In this document: one piece after another, positions 20,851 to 30,089 of the stretch
How the letters are laid out: every line of letters starts with the position of its first letter
Numbering within the stretch: position 1 is the stretch's first letter
Assembly: GCA_044229975.1 (NCBI GenBank)
Contig: JBGARZ010000009.1
Coordinates: 283,947-347,946, forward strand
DNA: 64,000 bases
Direction of reading: 5' to 3'
Source: Polyangiales bacterium
GTDB lineage: Bacteria > Myxococcota_A > Polyangia > Polyangiales > Ga0077539
Notes under the pieces: model-generated
Database searches by the model: none
What the model was told of the DNA's origin: nothing
What the model saw: only the letters and a program-made list of their open reading frames with translations
Made by a program: the position numbers and the translations under genes

Positions 20851-21492
20851 ATGAGAGTCGCGTCCTCGCGTGCTGGCCTGTTGGTGACCCTGCTCACGGT
20901 CGTCGTGGCGTGCGAACAGGCGCCGCCCTCGACCCGCGCGCCCGCGGTGCGTGATGCGGGAGCGCGACGCGATGTGACTGTGGCGCGTGATGTCCCCGTG
21001 GCGCGCGATGCCGTAGCTGCCCGCGATGTGTCGGCGATCGATGTGCAGGTGGCCGACGTGCCCACGCGCGATGCGCCCGACGCCGTCGACGTGGACACCC
21101 GGCCCATCGGGGAGCTCACCCTCGACGATCTGCGACTCATCGGCGTCGCGGGCTCACGCGATGCGCCGGTCGCGATGGTTGCGACCCCATCGGGCTTCGG
21201 GGAGAGCCTCCGCCGCGGATCCTTCGCGGGTCGGGCCGAGCGCCTCGGCGCCGACGCTTCTCCGGGTGTTCGCTGGCGCGTCGCGCGGATCACCTCACGC
21301 CGCCTCCGCCCGGAAGCCGACGGACGACTGACGGAGGTGCCAGCCGAGGTGACCTTCGAGCGACCCAACCCGGCGGCGCCCAACGGCGTGGAGCAGCGCT
21401 CGCTCACCGAAGGCCCCGCCGACTCCGGGCGCAACGTGGGCTCGATCAGGCTCTCGGGCGGCGTCGTCGGGCGAGACGCCGGGGCGAGGTAG
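20851..21492 (+). CDS. lipoprotein, unknown function
   Basis: signal peptide with lipobox VVAC; repeated ARD-V motifs. Confidence 0.5.
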   Translation: MRVASSRAGLLVTLLTVVVACEQAPPSTRAPAVRDAGARRDVTVARDVPVARDAVAARDVSAIDVQVADVPTRDAPDAVDVDTRPIGELTLDDLRLIGVAGSRDAPVAMVATPSGFGESLRRGSFAGRAERLGADASPGVRWRVARITSRRLRPEADGRLTEVPAEVTFERPNPAAPNGVEQRSLTEGPADSGRNVGSIRLSGGVVGRDAGAR

Positions 21493-21513
21493 ACAACGCA
21501 GCAAGACCGATGG

Positions 21514-21990
21514 TCAGCGCTGCTCCAGCGCGAGCAGCCAGCGCTTGGCGTCGAGGCCACCCGCGTACCCCGTGAGCGACCCGTCGCGGCCGATGACCCG
21601 GTGACACGGAACGATGATCGACAGCGGGTTGCGCCCGTTGGCGAGGCCCACCGCGCGCGACGCCGTGGGCTGGCCGAGCAGCGTCGCGAGGTCGCCGTAG
21701 CCGCGCGTCTCACCGTACGGAATGGCCCGCAATTGCGACCACACCCGCTGCTGAAACGCCGTCCCCTCGGGCGCGAGCGGCACGTCGAACGCGCGCCGCT
21801 GGCCGCGGAAATACTCGCTCAACTGCTGGCACGCAGCGCGTAGCGCGGGGTGGTCGGGGCGCGCTTCGCCGGACACGTCGGGCGCTCCCTTGTGTTGCGG
21901 GAAGTACACGCCGCACAGGCCGTGGTCGTTGGCCACGAGGGAGAGGCGTCCGAGGGGCGTGTCGAGGTGGGTCGTCGCGAGGGTGGTCAT
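21514..21990 (-). CDS. ogt: methylated-DNA--protein-cysteine S-methyltransferase
   Basis: PCHRV active-site motif; start ATG 21990 overlaps ada stop by 4 nt. Confidence 0.85.
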   Translation of the reverse strand: MTTLATTHLDTPLGRLSLVANDHGLCGVYFPQHKGAPDVSGEARPDHPALRAACQQLSEYFRGQRRAFDVPLAPEGTAFQQRVWSQLRAIPYGETRGYGDLATLLGQPTASRAVGLANGRNPLSIIVPCHRVIGRDGSLTGYAGGLDAKRWLLALEQR

Positions 21991-23444
21991 GGGGACTCCT
22001 GAGGGGCGTTCCAGAGGTGGAGGACGGCGTAGGCGCGCCACGGCGACCACGCGGCGGCGCGCTCGATCGCGCGAGCGGGAGAGAGGTCGCCGAGGGCCTT
22101 GCGGACACCGAGATCGCTCGCGGGGAAGGCATCGGGGTGCGAGAAGCCGCGCATCGCGAGGTACTGCGCCGACCACGGACCAAAGCCGGGCAGCGCGCAG
22201 AGGGCGTCGACGGTGGCCGTGAGGTCGGCGTCGCGGTGCAGGGCCGGGTCGTCGCGCTCGAACGCCGCCGCGAGGGCGACGAGCGTCTGCGCGCGGGCGA
22301 GCGGGAGCCCGATGGTCGCGACCGCGGCGGCACCCGCGGCGCGCAGCACCGACGGCGTCGGGAAGGTGTGCGTGAGGCCGTCGGCGACGCGCTCGGCGGG
22401 GAGCGGTTCGCCCCAGCGCGCGACGAGGCGACCGGCGAGCGTGGCGGCGGCGCGGACGGAGATCTGCTGACCGAGCACGGTGCGAACGCCCACCTCGAAG
22501 ACATCAAAGGCACCCGGGACGCGCATCCCTGGCGTTCGCGCGACGAGCGGGGCGAGCAGCGGGTCGCGGCCGAGGTGCGCGTCGATGACATCGGGCACAG
22601 CATCGAGGTCGAAGAGCGAGCGAACGCGCGCGGCCACGGCGGGGAGCGCGACGGAGAGCGAGGCGGAGAGCTCGGCGACGAGGGCGGGGCGGCGCGGGTC
22701 GCGACGGACGACGAGGGTTCCGCGCGTGGCGCCGATGCGAACGGCGCGGGTGTAGCGATCGGCCGTGACGTGCTCGACGCCAGGGATGGCGCGGCCGCCG
22801 AGGAAGGCGAGCAGCGTCTCCCACGGCAACGGAGCCCGGTATCCGACGCGCACGGCGAGGCCGGCCGAGGCATCACCGTGACCGCGGCGGACGTCCGAGG
22901 GGGCGCGGCCGAAGCGTTCGAGGAAGAGCGCGTTGAAGCGACGGATGCTGCGGAAGCCGCTCGCGAAGGCGACCTCCGTGAGCGGCAGCGCGGAGTCGTG
23001 GAGGAGCTGCTTGGCGAGCGCGAGGCGGCGCGACTGGGCGAGCTCGACGGGGGAGACGCCGACGTGTTCTTCGATGGCGCGGCGGAGGTGACGGCTGGAG
23101 ACGGAGAGCTCGTCGGCGAGCTGCTGGAGCGAGTGATCGTTGAGGGCGCCTTCGTCGATGCGGGCGACGGCCCGTCGCGCGAGGCGGGCCGAGGCATCGA
23201 CCGACCCGTGTCCGGGGGCGAGCTCGGGGCGGCAGCGGAAGCAGGCGCGGTAGCCGGCGCGCTCGGCCGCCGGGGCGGAGTCGTAGAAGGTGCAGCGGTC
23301 GCGCCCCGGACGACGCACGGTGCAGACGGGTCGGCAGTAGATGCCGGTGGTGGAGACCGCGACGTAGAAGACGCCGTCGAAGCGCGCGTCGCGAGCGGAG
23401 AGGGCGCGGTAGCAGGTGTCGCCGTCGAGGAGAGTCACGAGCAC
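21987..23444 (-). CDS. ada: bifunctional Ada regulatory methyltransferase / AraC-HTH / DNA-3-methyladenine glycosylase II (AlkA) fusion
   Basis: Ada zinc domain (DARFDGVFYVAVSTTGIYCRPVC...CFRC), AraC HTH, AlkA_N and HhH-GPD domains; GTG at 23444 preferred over ORF start 23558, which would sit 5 bp from the divergent gene's ATG. Confidence 0.8.
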   Translation of the reverse strand: MLVTLLDGDTCYRALSARDARFDGVFYVAVSTTGIYCRPVCTVRRPGRDRCTFYDSAPAAERAGYRACFRCRPELAPGHGSVDASARLARRAVARIDEGALNDHSLQQLADELSVSSRHLRRAIEEHVGVSPVELAQSRRLALAKQLLHDSALPLTEVAFASGFRSIRRFNALFLERFGRAPSDVRRGHGDASAGLAVRVGYRAPLPWETLLAFLGGRAIPGVEHVTADRYTRAVRIGATRGTLVVRRDPRRPALVAELSASLSVALPAVAARVRSLFDLDAVPDVIDAHLGRDPLLAPLVARTPGMRVPGAFDVFEVGVRTVLGQQISVRAAATLAGRLVARWGEPLPAERVADGLTHTFPTPSVLRAAGAAAVATIGLPLARAQTLVALAAAFERDDPALHRDADLTATVDALCALPGFGPWSAQYLAMRGFSHPDAFPASDLGVRKALGDLSPARAIERAAAWSPWRAYAVLHLWNAPQESP

Positions 23445-23563
23445 CGATGTACTGCGGGCGAGCGACGTCGGCTGGCCGCTTTCGGACGCGAGGGCAACTT
23501 CGCATCCAAGGTACAACGCGAGGGCGCGCGGCGACGCGTGCGGCGATGGAAGGAGCACGCGGA

Positions 23564-25090
23564 ATGAGAAGGATGTGGCGCGGAGCGGGCGTGGTGCTGG
23601 CGGTGATCGCGGGCTGTGACGACGAGGCGTCGGTGATCGGTGGCGACGCCGACGTGGCCGACGCCGTCGACGTGGTGATGGTGGTCGATCGACCGACGAC
23701 CGACGCGGGCTTCGACGCGGGCTTCACGGACGTCGGAAGCGACAGCGGAGCGGTCGACGTGGGCACCCTCGATGCCGGAACTGACGCGGGTGCCATCGAC
23801 GCGGGGACCGACGCAGGCACCGTCGATACGGGGACCGACGCGGGACCCGCGGATGTGGGCGTCGACGTCGCCGAAGACGTCGCGGTCGATGTGCCCGTCG
23901 ATGTGCCCGTGGACACCGGGCCGACCTGCGCGATGGCGATGATCCTGTGCGGCGACGGCATGTGTCACGACACGCAGGTCGACGTCGCGCACTGCGGCAC
24001 CTGTGGCAACGCCTGCCCGGCCGTCGACGGCGCCGTCCCGCGTTGCTCGGCTGGGGCCTGCGGCTTCGCTTGCAGCGCCTCGCGCGGCGACTGCAACACG
24101 ACGCCGGGCGACGGCTGCGAGGTCGACCTCTCCACGAGCACCGCGCACTGCGGCGGCTGCAACAACGCGTGTGGCGCCGGGCAGACCTGCACCGCGGGCG
24201 CCTGCGTCGACCTGCCGTGCCCGACGGGTCAGTCGCGCTGCGGCGGCGCGTGCGTCGACCGCCAGACCTCCACGCTCCACTGCGGAACCTGCGGCAGCGC
24301 CTGCACCGCGGGCGCCGGGGCGAGCCCGACGTGCAGCGCGGGCGTGTGCGGCCTCGTCTGCAACGCGGGCCTCGCCAACTGCGACGGCATGGCGGCCAAC
24401 GGGTGCGAGGTCGACCTCACCGCGAGCGCGACGAGCTGCGGGCGCTGCGGCGTGACGTGCATCTCGGGTCAGGCGTGCGTGGCGGGCCGCTGCGAGAGCA
24501 CGAGCTGCATGCCACCCGCGGGCTGCTCTGGCGGGAGCTGCGCGTCGTGTACGCGCGTCGCCTTCTCCGAGGATTGGGAGTCGGGCACCGGCCGCTGGAA
24601 CCTTCCGCGCGGCGGCACCACGGCCATCACCACGATGATGGACACGTCGGCGTGCAGCGGGAGCTTCCTGCGCGAGACGGAGCTCTTCAGCGCGGGTCGG
24701 GTGTTTACGCAGTCGAGCATCCCGGTGACGGGCGGGGCGCGCTACTGCGCGACGGCGTGGATTCGCGGCAGCACGGGGACGTGGCCCTTCGTGGGCATGC
24801 GCGCGTCGAGCTCGACGGCGTCCATCGGCACCGAGCACTGGCTCATCGGTCAGCCGTGCTTCGGGACGAGCCTCGCGCCGCCGGTCGCGCCGGTGACGTC
24901 CGACGGCGCGTGGCGGTGGTACTCGCGCGAGTTCACGATGCCCGCGTACACGCACATTTTGTTGGAGATCGAGATCTGGGGCGGCGGCGCGGCAGGCACC
25001 GCGGACTTCGATCAGATCCAGTTGCTGGAAGGGCCGTGTCCGCAGGTGAACCCGAGCACGGTGTGCACGGCCGCCACCTGCGGGAGCTGA
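23564..25090 (+). CDS. lipoprotein with tandem Cys-rich (Stig1-like, HCGxCGxxC) repeats and C-terminal beta-sandwich domain
   Basis: AAGGAG RBS then MRRMWRG..LAVIAGC lipobox; 4-5 repeats VDLxTxxxHCGxCGNACxxGxxCxxGxC typical of myxobacterial Stig1-like cysteine repeats. Confidence 0.65.
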   Translation: MRRMWRGAGVVLAVIAGCDDEASVIGGDADVADAVDVVMVVDRPTTDAGFDAGFTDVGSDSGAVDVGTLDAGTDAGAIDAGTDAGTVDTGTDAGPADVGVDVAEDVAVDVPVDVPVDTGPTCAMAMILCGDGMCHDTQVDVAHCGTCGNACPAVDGAVPRCSAGACGFACSASRGDCNTTPGDGCEVDLSTSTAHCGGCNNACGAGQTCTAGACVDLPCPTGQSRCGGACVDRQTSTLHCGTCGSACTAGAGASPTCSAGVCGLVCNAGLANCDGMAANGCEVDLTASATSCGRCGVTCISGQACVAGRCESTSCMPPAGCSGGSCASCTRVAFSEDWESGTGRWNLPRGGTTAITTMMDTSACSGSFLRETELFSAGRVFTQSSIPVTGGARYCATAWIRGSTGTWPFVGMRASSSTASIGTEHWLIGQPCFGTSLAPPVAPVTSDGAWRWYSREFTMPAYTHILLEIEIWGGGAAGTADFDQIQLLEGPCPQVNPSTVCTAATCGS

Positions 25091-25105
25091 TCGAAGCGAC
25101 GGGGC

Positions 25106-25177
25106 GGGGACGGACTCAGCTTTTCACTCTTCGCGGCCTCAAGCGGGACGCGAAGGTGAAAAGCTGAAACCGTCCCC
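25106..25177. terminator. long segmented hairpin between convergent genes (possible bidirectional terminator)
   Basis: stems ggggacgg/ccgtcccc, cagcttttcac/gtgaaaagctg and cttcgcg/cgcgaag; no U-tract. Confidence 0.4.
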
Positions 25178-25183
25178 GATCGC

Positions 25184-25798
25184 TCAGTCGCAGGAAGCGA
25201 TGCCGCCCGGCGCGCAGAACAGCACGACGGGCCCCGCGCGCACCTGGCACCCGCACAGGGAGGCGAAGGGAATCGAGCCACCATCCGCCGGGATGTCCAC
25301 GTTCACGCAGCACGCGTAACGCCCGGCGCACATCGTCGTGATGAGGCCACCGAGGGCCGAGCAACGCACGCCCACCGACCCCGTGTCGACCGGACCGGTG
25401 TCGACCGGACCGGTGTCGGGCGGGCCGAGATCCACGCCGGTGTCGCGCGGCCCCGTATCGATGGGCCCCGTGTCGATGGGCCCCGTGTCGATGATGCCGT
25501 TGTCGACGACGCCCGTGTCGATGACGCCGCTGTCGACGACGCCGCCGTCCATCATCGACATGCCGCTGTCGGTGCCGGGACCAACGCCGCTGTCGGTGTC
25601 GACGCCGCTGTCGGTGTCCACCACCACGTCGTCGCCCTCGCCCGTGTCGGTGCCCTTCTCCCCGGTGTCATCGGTGGGCTTCTTCCCGGTGTCGTCGTCG
25701 TCGCTCGCCGAACCCTCCGCACAGCCGAGCACCGGCGCACAGCACGCCGCCATCACCGCAAGCCACCGCCACTGCCGTCCAAGCATCATCAGCCTCAC
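25184..25798 (-). CDS. lipoprotein with IDTGP repeats and C-terminal Cys cluster
   Basis: signal peptide with lipobox VLGC; Asp/Thr/Gly repeats; 10 Cys in the last 50 aa. Confidence 0.55.
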   Translation of the reverse strand: MRLMMLGRQWRWLAVMAACCAPVLGCAEGSASDDDDTGKKPTDDTGEKGTDTGEGDDVVVDTDSGVDTDSGVGPGTDSGMSMMDGGVVDSGVIDTGVVDNGIIDTGPIDTGPIDTGPRDTGVDLGPPDTGPVDTGPVDTGSVGVRCSALGGLITTMCAGRYACCVNVDIPADGGSIPFASLCGCQVRAGPVVLFCAPGGIASCD

Positions 25799-25861
25799 GC
25801 TACTTCCACGAGCGCCCGACGGTAAGGGCGTCGCAGTTTTCTCGTCGGGGTGCTGGTGCGT

Positions 25862-26575
25862 TCAGTGCGCTCCGTCGCCCCGCACGGCCTTCGGCGCGCA
25901 GAGGATCTCCACGAACCACGCTTCCAAGCCCGCGAGACGCTGGACCTGCGCCTCGACTTTCGCCATCGCCGCACGCGTGAGCGAGATCCCCTTGGCGTAC
26001 GTCGTGGTGACCAGTTGCACGACGGGCGCGACCCCTTTCCAGGTCATGGTCTGAGCGAAGTTCACGACCGTCTCCACGGTGTCCAAGATGCTCCCATTCC
26101 AGTGCTGTTCGAGGACGCCCCAGCAGCGCTCCACGGGGTTGTACTTGCTGTGGTACGGCGGGTAGTAGGCGAGGCGTACGTTGATCCGATGGGCCTGCGC
26201 AAAGGCCACGATCCGCGACAGAAACTGTGTGCGACGGCTCTGGTTTTCGGGCCCGTTGTCCTGAAGCAAAAGGAGCGTATCGACCTCCGGAAAGCGCGCC
26301 CGGTGAGCGCACCACCACGCCTCGATCCGATCGACGATGAAGTCCGCCGTGACGGGCCCCGTCGCCAGAGACACCGTCAGCTCGTTGTGGGCTGTGAGCA
26401 GGATGCCGTACGGCGTCACCTTCGCCTCGGCCCCGTGGTCGTGATCGAGCGCAAACACCAGCACGCGACTGACGCCGTACCGAGAGAACTCCCCCACCTT
26501 GATGACGGCCTTGGCGTCCATCGACAGTTCCAGCACGTTGGGCGAACGCGCGGCCGTCGCCCGCTCACGACTCAT
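25862..26575 (-). CDS. IS630-family transposase, DDE catalytic part (orfB)
   Basis: DDE region with YYPPYHSKYNPVERCW motif (Tc1/IS630 LPPYSPxLNPIExxW signature). Confidence 0.75.
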   Translation of the reverse strand: MSRERATAARSPNVLELSMDAKAVIKVGEFSRYGVSRVLVFALDHDHGAEAKVTPYGILLTAHNELTVSLATGPVTADFIVDRIEAWWCAHRARFPEVDTLLLLQDNGPENQSRRTQFLSRIVAFAQAHRINVRLAYYPPYHSKYNPVERCWGVLEQHWNGSILDTVETVVNFAQTMTWKGVAPVVQLVTTTYAKGISLTRAAMAKVEAQVQRLAGLEAWFVEILCAPKAVRGDGAH

Positions 26576-27084
26576 CTGTTCGAAGATGGCGTCCGTCGCG
26601 GCGACCTTTTTTTCGGCTTGGTCTTGGCCACGGCGCGCAGCCCATATCCCAGGTCGTTGAGCTTGACGCGGATCGTCTCCTCACACGGCAACTCCTCGTC
26701 CGTGTACCCCTTCTGCGCGATGAGTTGCCGACGGACTTCGGCCGACGTGATGCGTGTGTAGAGCCGCTGCGTTTGAAAGCGCGGATCGGTCTGACTCTGA
26801 CCATCGACGAGGTCGCGCAGATCCCGCATCAGGTTCGGCAGTCGCGATTGCGCCGTCGGACGTCCGCCGCCGGAGCGACCGTCGAGGCACTCGATCCCGG
26901 AGCGCAGCTCGTTCTTGCCTTTGCGCAACGTCCGCTCGTCCCAGTCGAGCGCGCGAACGGCTCGGTTCATCACGCCGTCGAACAGGTCGCGCACCGTCCG
27001 CGCCATGAACCGCCGACGTTCGCTGCCCTTCAAGGCGGCGGCCGTCTCCTTCAACACCTTCGTCACGTTGGTCGCGAGTTGCAT
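26572..27084 (-). CDS. IS630-family transposase, N-terminal HTH/DNA-binding part (orfA)
   Basis: 170 aa, helix-turn-helix region; stop TGA overlaps ATG of orfB (ATGA). Confidence 0.7.
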   Translation of the reverse strand: MQLATNVTKVLKETAAALKGSERRRFMARTVRDLFDGVMNRAVRALDWDERTLRKGKNELRSGIECLDGRSGGGRPTAQSRLPNLMRDLRDLVDGQSQTDPRFQTQRLYTRITSAEVRRQLIAQKGYTDEELPCEETIRVKLNDLGYGLRAVAKTKPKKRSPRRTPSSNR

Positions 27085-27255
27085 GCCCGACTGCCTGGGA
27101 GCTCTGGCGAGCGCTGGACACCCTACGCCCGTTCAGCCCGAGCACTTTGCTGCGGCGCCCTAAAGCCATCGTCCGGCGCGGCGCACCCTCCACGCCTTTG
27201 CACCGATTCGCGCGGTCGAGCGTATAACCCACCTCGAACCCCACGGAGGTTCCTC

Positions 27256-28122
27256 ATGAACAAGCGCATCGTCTCGCTCCTCGTCGCCCTCGCCGCCACG
27301 CCTGCCATCGCGCAGCCTCGCAACCCCGCACGTCCAGCGGCTCCCACTCCGCAGCGACCCGCGTCACGTCCCACGACACCCGCACGCCCCACGACGGCCG
27401 CGCGACCCGCGACAGCGGCGCGCCCCGCGACGGCTCCGACCGTCGCTGCACCGACGCCCGCACCGACGCCGGCGCCTCCCGTCACCAACCCCACCGGCCC
27501 TGCGCAGAACATCGCCAACGGCGTGCTCAGCGCGCAGCAGGTCGCCGAGCGCATCCAAGGGTTCTACGACCGCACGACGGACTTCGCGGCCAACTTCGTC
27601 CAGGTGTCGCACAACCCCCTCTACGGGGCCGACGAGCGGCGCTCTGGGACGGTGATGTTCCGCAAGCCGGGGCGGCTGCGCTTCAACTACGACCCGGTGC
27701 CGCAGCAGCAGCAGGGCGACGTCATCGTGTCGGACGGCACCACGCTGCTGGCCTACACCGCCGTCGACCGCCAGGCGCTCCGTCAAAACGTCAGCCAGTC
27801 GCAGCTCCCGACGGCCATCGCGTTTCTCGCGGGCACGGGGCGCATCACCGACAGCTTCACGTTCCGCCTGCTCGACGCCAACGCCTTCCAGTACCCCAAC
27901 GGGTATGTGCTGGAGCTGCGCCCCACGACCCCGCAGCCGACCTACGAGCGCATCGTGTTCTACGTCGACCGCGCGACCTTCCAGGTGGCGCGCACGGCCA
28001 TCATCGACGCACACAACAACACCAACCGCTTCGACTTCCGAACGCCGCGCGTCAACACCGACATCCCCGAGAGCACCTTCCGTTGGACGCCCCCCGCGGG
28101 CACCTCCATCGTCAACCCGTAG
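27256..28122 (+). CDS. LolA-like outer-membrane lipoprotein carrier family protein with long Pro/Ala/Thr linker
   Basis: GGAGG RBS, signal peptide AIAQP, (PT/PA)-rich linker, then LolA-like open beta-barrel motifs (GTVMFRKPGRLRFNY, VIVSDGTTLL). Confidence 0.55.
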   Translation: MNKRIVSLLVALAATPAIAQPRNPARPAAPTPQRPASRPTTPARPTTAARPATAARPATAPTVAAPTPAPTPAPPVTNPTGPAQNIANGVLSAQQVAERIQGFYDRTTDFAANFVQVSHNPLYGADERRSGTVMFRKPGRLRFNYDPVPQQQQGDVIVSDGTTLLAYTAVDRQALRQNVSQSQLPTAIAFLAGTGRITDSFTFRLLDANAFQYPNGYVLELRPTTPQPTYERIVFYVDRATFQVARTAIIDAHNNTNRFDFRTPRVNTDIPESTFRWTPPAGTSIVNP

Positions 28123-28158
28123 GGGGTGGCCGTTCAGGTCATCGCGCCCGACCCTCCT

Positions 28159-29046
28159 CTACGACTCCGCGACCCGCTCCAGCAGGTTGAGCGCCGCGAG
28201 CACCGAGTCCCTCCGCAGGCACACCTCGTCGCCCAGCATGAACGTCCGGTAGCCCAGCGACAGCAGCCACGCCGCGTCGCCGATGTCCTGCGCCTCGGGC
28301 ACATCGCCCTTCGCCAGCGACGGAAACAACCGGCTCGCCACCCACGCCTCGCCGTCCGCCCCGATCACCGCGCGCATCGCCCGCACGATGCGATGCGGCT
28401 CCAGCACCTCCACGTAGAGATCACCCCGCGCGGCCATCAACCGTCCCTGCTTGGCGCCCTGCGCCATCGCCAGATCGAGGCCCTTGAGCGACTCGATCTT
28501 CAGCACCACCTCGGCGCCCGGCAGCAGCGACTTCACCTCGTCGACGTCCGACGCCACCTCGCAGTACGAGAGCATCACCCGCCGCAACCCGAGCTCACCC
28601 ATCGCCGCGAGGTACGCCTTGTCCGTGGCCGTGAGCGTCCCGTGAATCACGAGCGACGGGTGCACCAGGTTGAGGCTCTCGCCCGGGCCCACGAAGCGCC
28701 GGGGCGTGTCTTCGAGGATCAACCGGTCGCCGTCGACGGCCATCACCCGCGCGTACTCTCGGCCGTCGTCGAAGAAGCAGTCCGCGGGCGTCTCCACGCT
28801 CACGGGGTGGCTCACGCGAACCTCCGTAAACGGCGGAATCGCCGCGCCCACCACCCGCAACTGCCGCCCCTTCAGGTCGACCCACAGCGGAACCCCGTGA
28901 CCCGACAATCTCTTCAGCGTGTCGTGCGGGGTGCCCTTGATGGGCATCACCGTGTTGAGCCGCAGGCCCTTCACGAGTGGGTGCCGCGCGACCTCGTCCA
29001 CGAAGGTCGCGTACGGCGGAACCGTGACGATCGCGCCGACCTTCAA
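28159..29046 (-). CDS. pyruvate-kinase-like / HpcH-CitE-like TIM-barrel domain protein
   Basis: KIESLKGLDL and MAARGDLYVEV match PK barrel motifs KIENQEG and MVARGDLGVEI; no PK C-terminal domain; start uncertain (TTG overlapping vWA stop as cTTGAag). Confidence 0.5.
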   Translation of the reverse strand: MKVGAIVTVPPYATFVDEVARHPLVKGLRLNTVMPIKGTPHDTLKRLSGHGVPLWVDLKGRQLRVVGAAIPPFTEVRVSHPVSVETPADCFFDDGREYARVMAVDGDRLILEDTPRRFVGPGESLNLVHPSLVIHGTLTATDKAYLAAMGELGLRRVMLSYCEVASDVDEVKSLLPGAEVVLKIESLKGLDLAMAQGAKQGRLMAARGDLYVEVLEPHRIVRAMRAVIGADGEAWVASRLFPSLAKGDVPEAQDIGDAAWLLSLGYRTFMLGDEVCLRRDSVLAALNLLERVAES

Positions 29047-30038
29047 GGCAGTTGGACGATGCTCTGGCAGAACACGCACGTCACCCGCGCGCCCTTCTTG
29101 AGCGCCGCCGTCCCGCGCAGCGGAGCGCCGCACTGCGGGCACGTCAACACCGTCGGCGAGACCTTCGCGATCTGCTCGGCGAGCGCCTTCACCTTCTCGT
29201 TGTCCTGGCGGGCGCGCATGTTCTCCTGGAAGTCGCCGAAGAAGCCCCACGAGCGCGCGATGAGGCCCATCGCGTAGTCCACCGCGCGCCCTTCGTCCTC
29301 CATGTGGACGACCTGCTGGTCGCCGAGCGCGGCGATCCATTGCTGATCGGTCGCGTCGCCCTTCTTGCCGCCAGGACGACGGAGGAAGAAGGCGTTCCAG
29401 GTGCGGGTGACGTTGATCCAGGTGGTGACGCTGTCGGCGTCCTGGATGTCGTCGCCGAGCACCTGCCTGGCCTCGGCGCCGAAGATCTTCGGGTGCATGG
29501 GCGCATCACCGAACACGATCATGAAGGGCCGCTCCTCCAGCTTCGGGATCTCGACGTGGTTGAGCACCCACGACGCGAACACCCCGTACGACTCGGGGAT
29601 GTCCCCTCCTCCACCTTCGCCGTAGATGGCCTTCAACTGCTCTTCGAGGTCGAAGCCCTTGCTGAACTTCGTGACCTGCAACGGCCAACGGTCGGACTTC
29701 GTGTCCCCGATGGCCGCGAAGCTGATCTCCAGCTCGGGCCGGTACTGCGACAGCGTCTGGTAGAGCAGCGGCAGCCGATCGAAGATCTCCGCGGGCCACG
29801 TCTGCATCGACCCCGTCACATCGACGGCCACGATGAGCGGCGTCTTCGTCTGCGTGGAGATGCTCTTCTTCGGATCGGTGAGCTGCACGTTGGGGCCCGT
29901 GCCCTTCTTCGTGTACGTGCGCGGGCCCTCGGACTTCGATCGATCGGCGTCGGCCTTGCGCGCGACGGCCGTCTTCGCGTCGAACTTGTAGGCCGCGGGC
30001 TTGGCCCAGTCCTCCATGTCATCGCCCCAGCTGTACAT
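29043..30038 (-). CDS. von Willebrand factor A domain protein with C-terminal zinc ribbon
   Basis: MIDAS motif VDVTGSM plus downstream T and FGDAP Asp; C-terminal CPQCGAP...CVFCQ zinc ribbon; AAGGA RBS before ATG 30038. Confidence 0.75.
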   Translation of the reverse strand: MYSWGDDMEDWAKPAAYKFDAKTAVARKADADRSKSEGPRTYTKKGTGPNVQLTDPKKSISTQTKTPLIVAVDVTGSMQTWPAEIFDRLPLLYQTLSQYRPELEISFAAIGDTKSDRWPLQVTKFSKGFDLEEQLKAIYGEGGGGDIPESYGVFASWVLNHVEIPKLEERPFMIVFGDAPMHPKIFGAEARQVLGDDIQDADSVTTWINVTRTWNAFFLRRPGGKKGDATDQQWIAALGDQQVVHMEDEGRAVDYAMGLIARSWGFFGDFQENMRARQDNEKVKALAEQIAKVSPTVLTCPQCGAPLRGTAALKKGARVTCVFCQSIVQLP

Positions 30039-30089
30039 GCTGCGTCCCGTCCTTTCTTCGGGGCAGCGTGGCACCGCCCCCGTCGACCA

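Larger units (their letters stand above)
25812..27179 (-). mobile_element. IS630/Tc1-mariner family insertion sequence (about 1.37 kb) with imperfect terminal inverted repeats
   Basis: two transposase ORFs; ends 25812-25836 and 27150-27179 are imperfect inverse complements (ctgcgRcgccct...cgtc.gg.cgc); boundaries approximate. Confidence 0.55.

Noticed and set aside
6271-25811. Possibility that IS1595 and IS630 copies delimit a composite transposon or island
   Set aside because: The two elements belong to different families, are in opposite orientations, and the intervening 19 kb encodes core functions (rseP, PBP1A, ada/ogt) with uniform GC.
26725-27255. N-terminal extension of the 465-aa ORF containing LolA-like protein
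   Set aside because: Runs antisense through IS630 orfA; real start is the RBS-preceded ATG at 27256.
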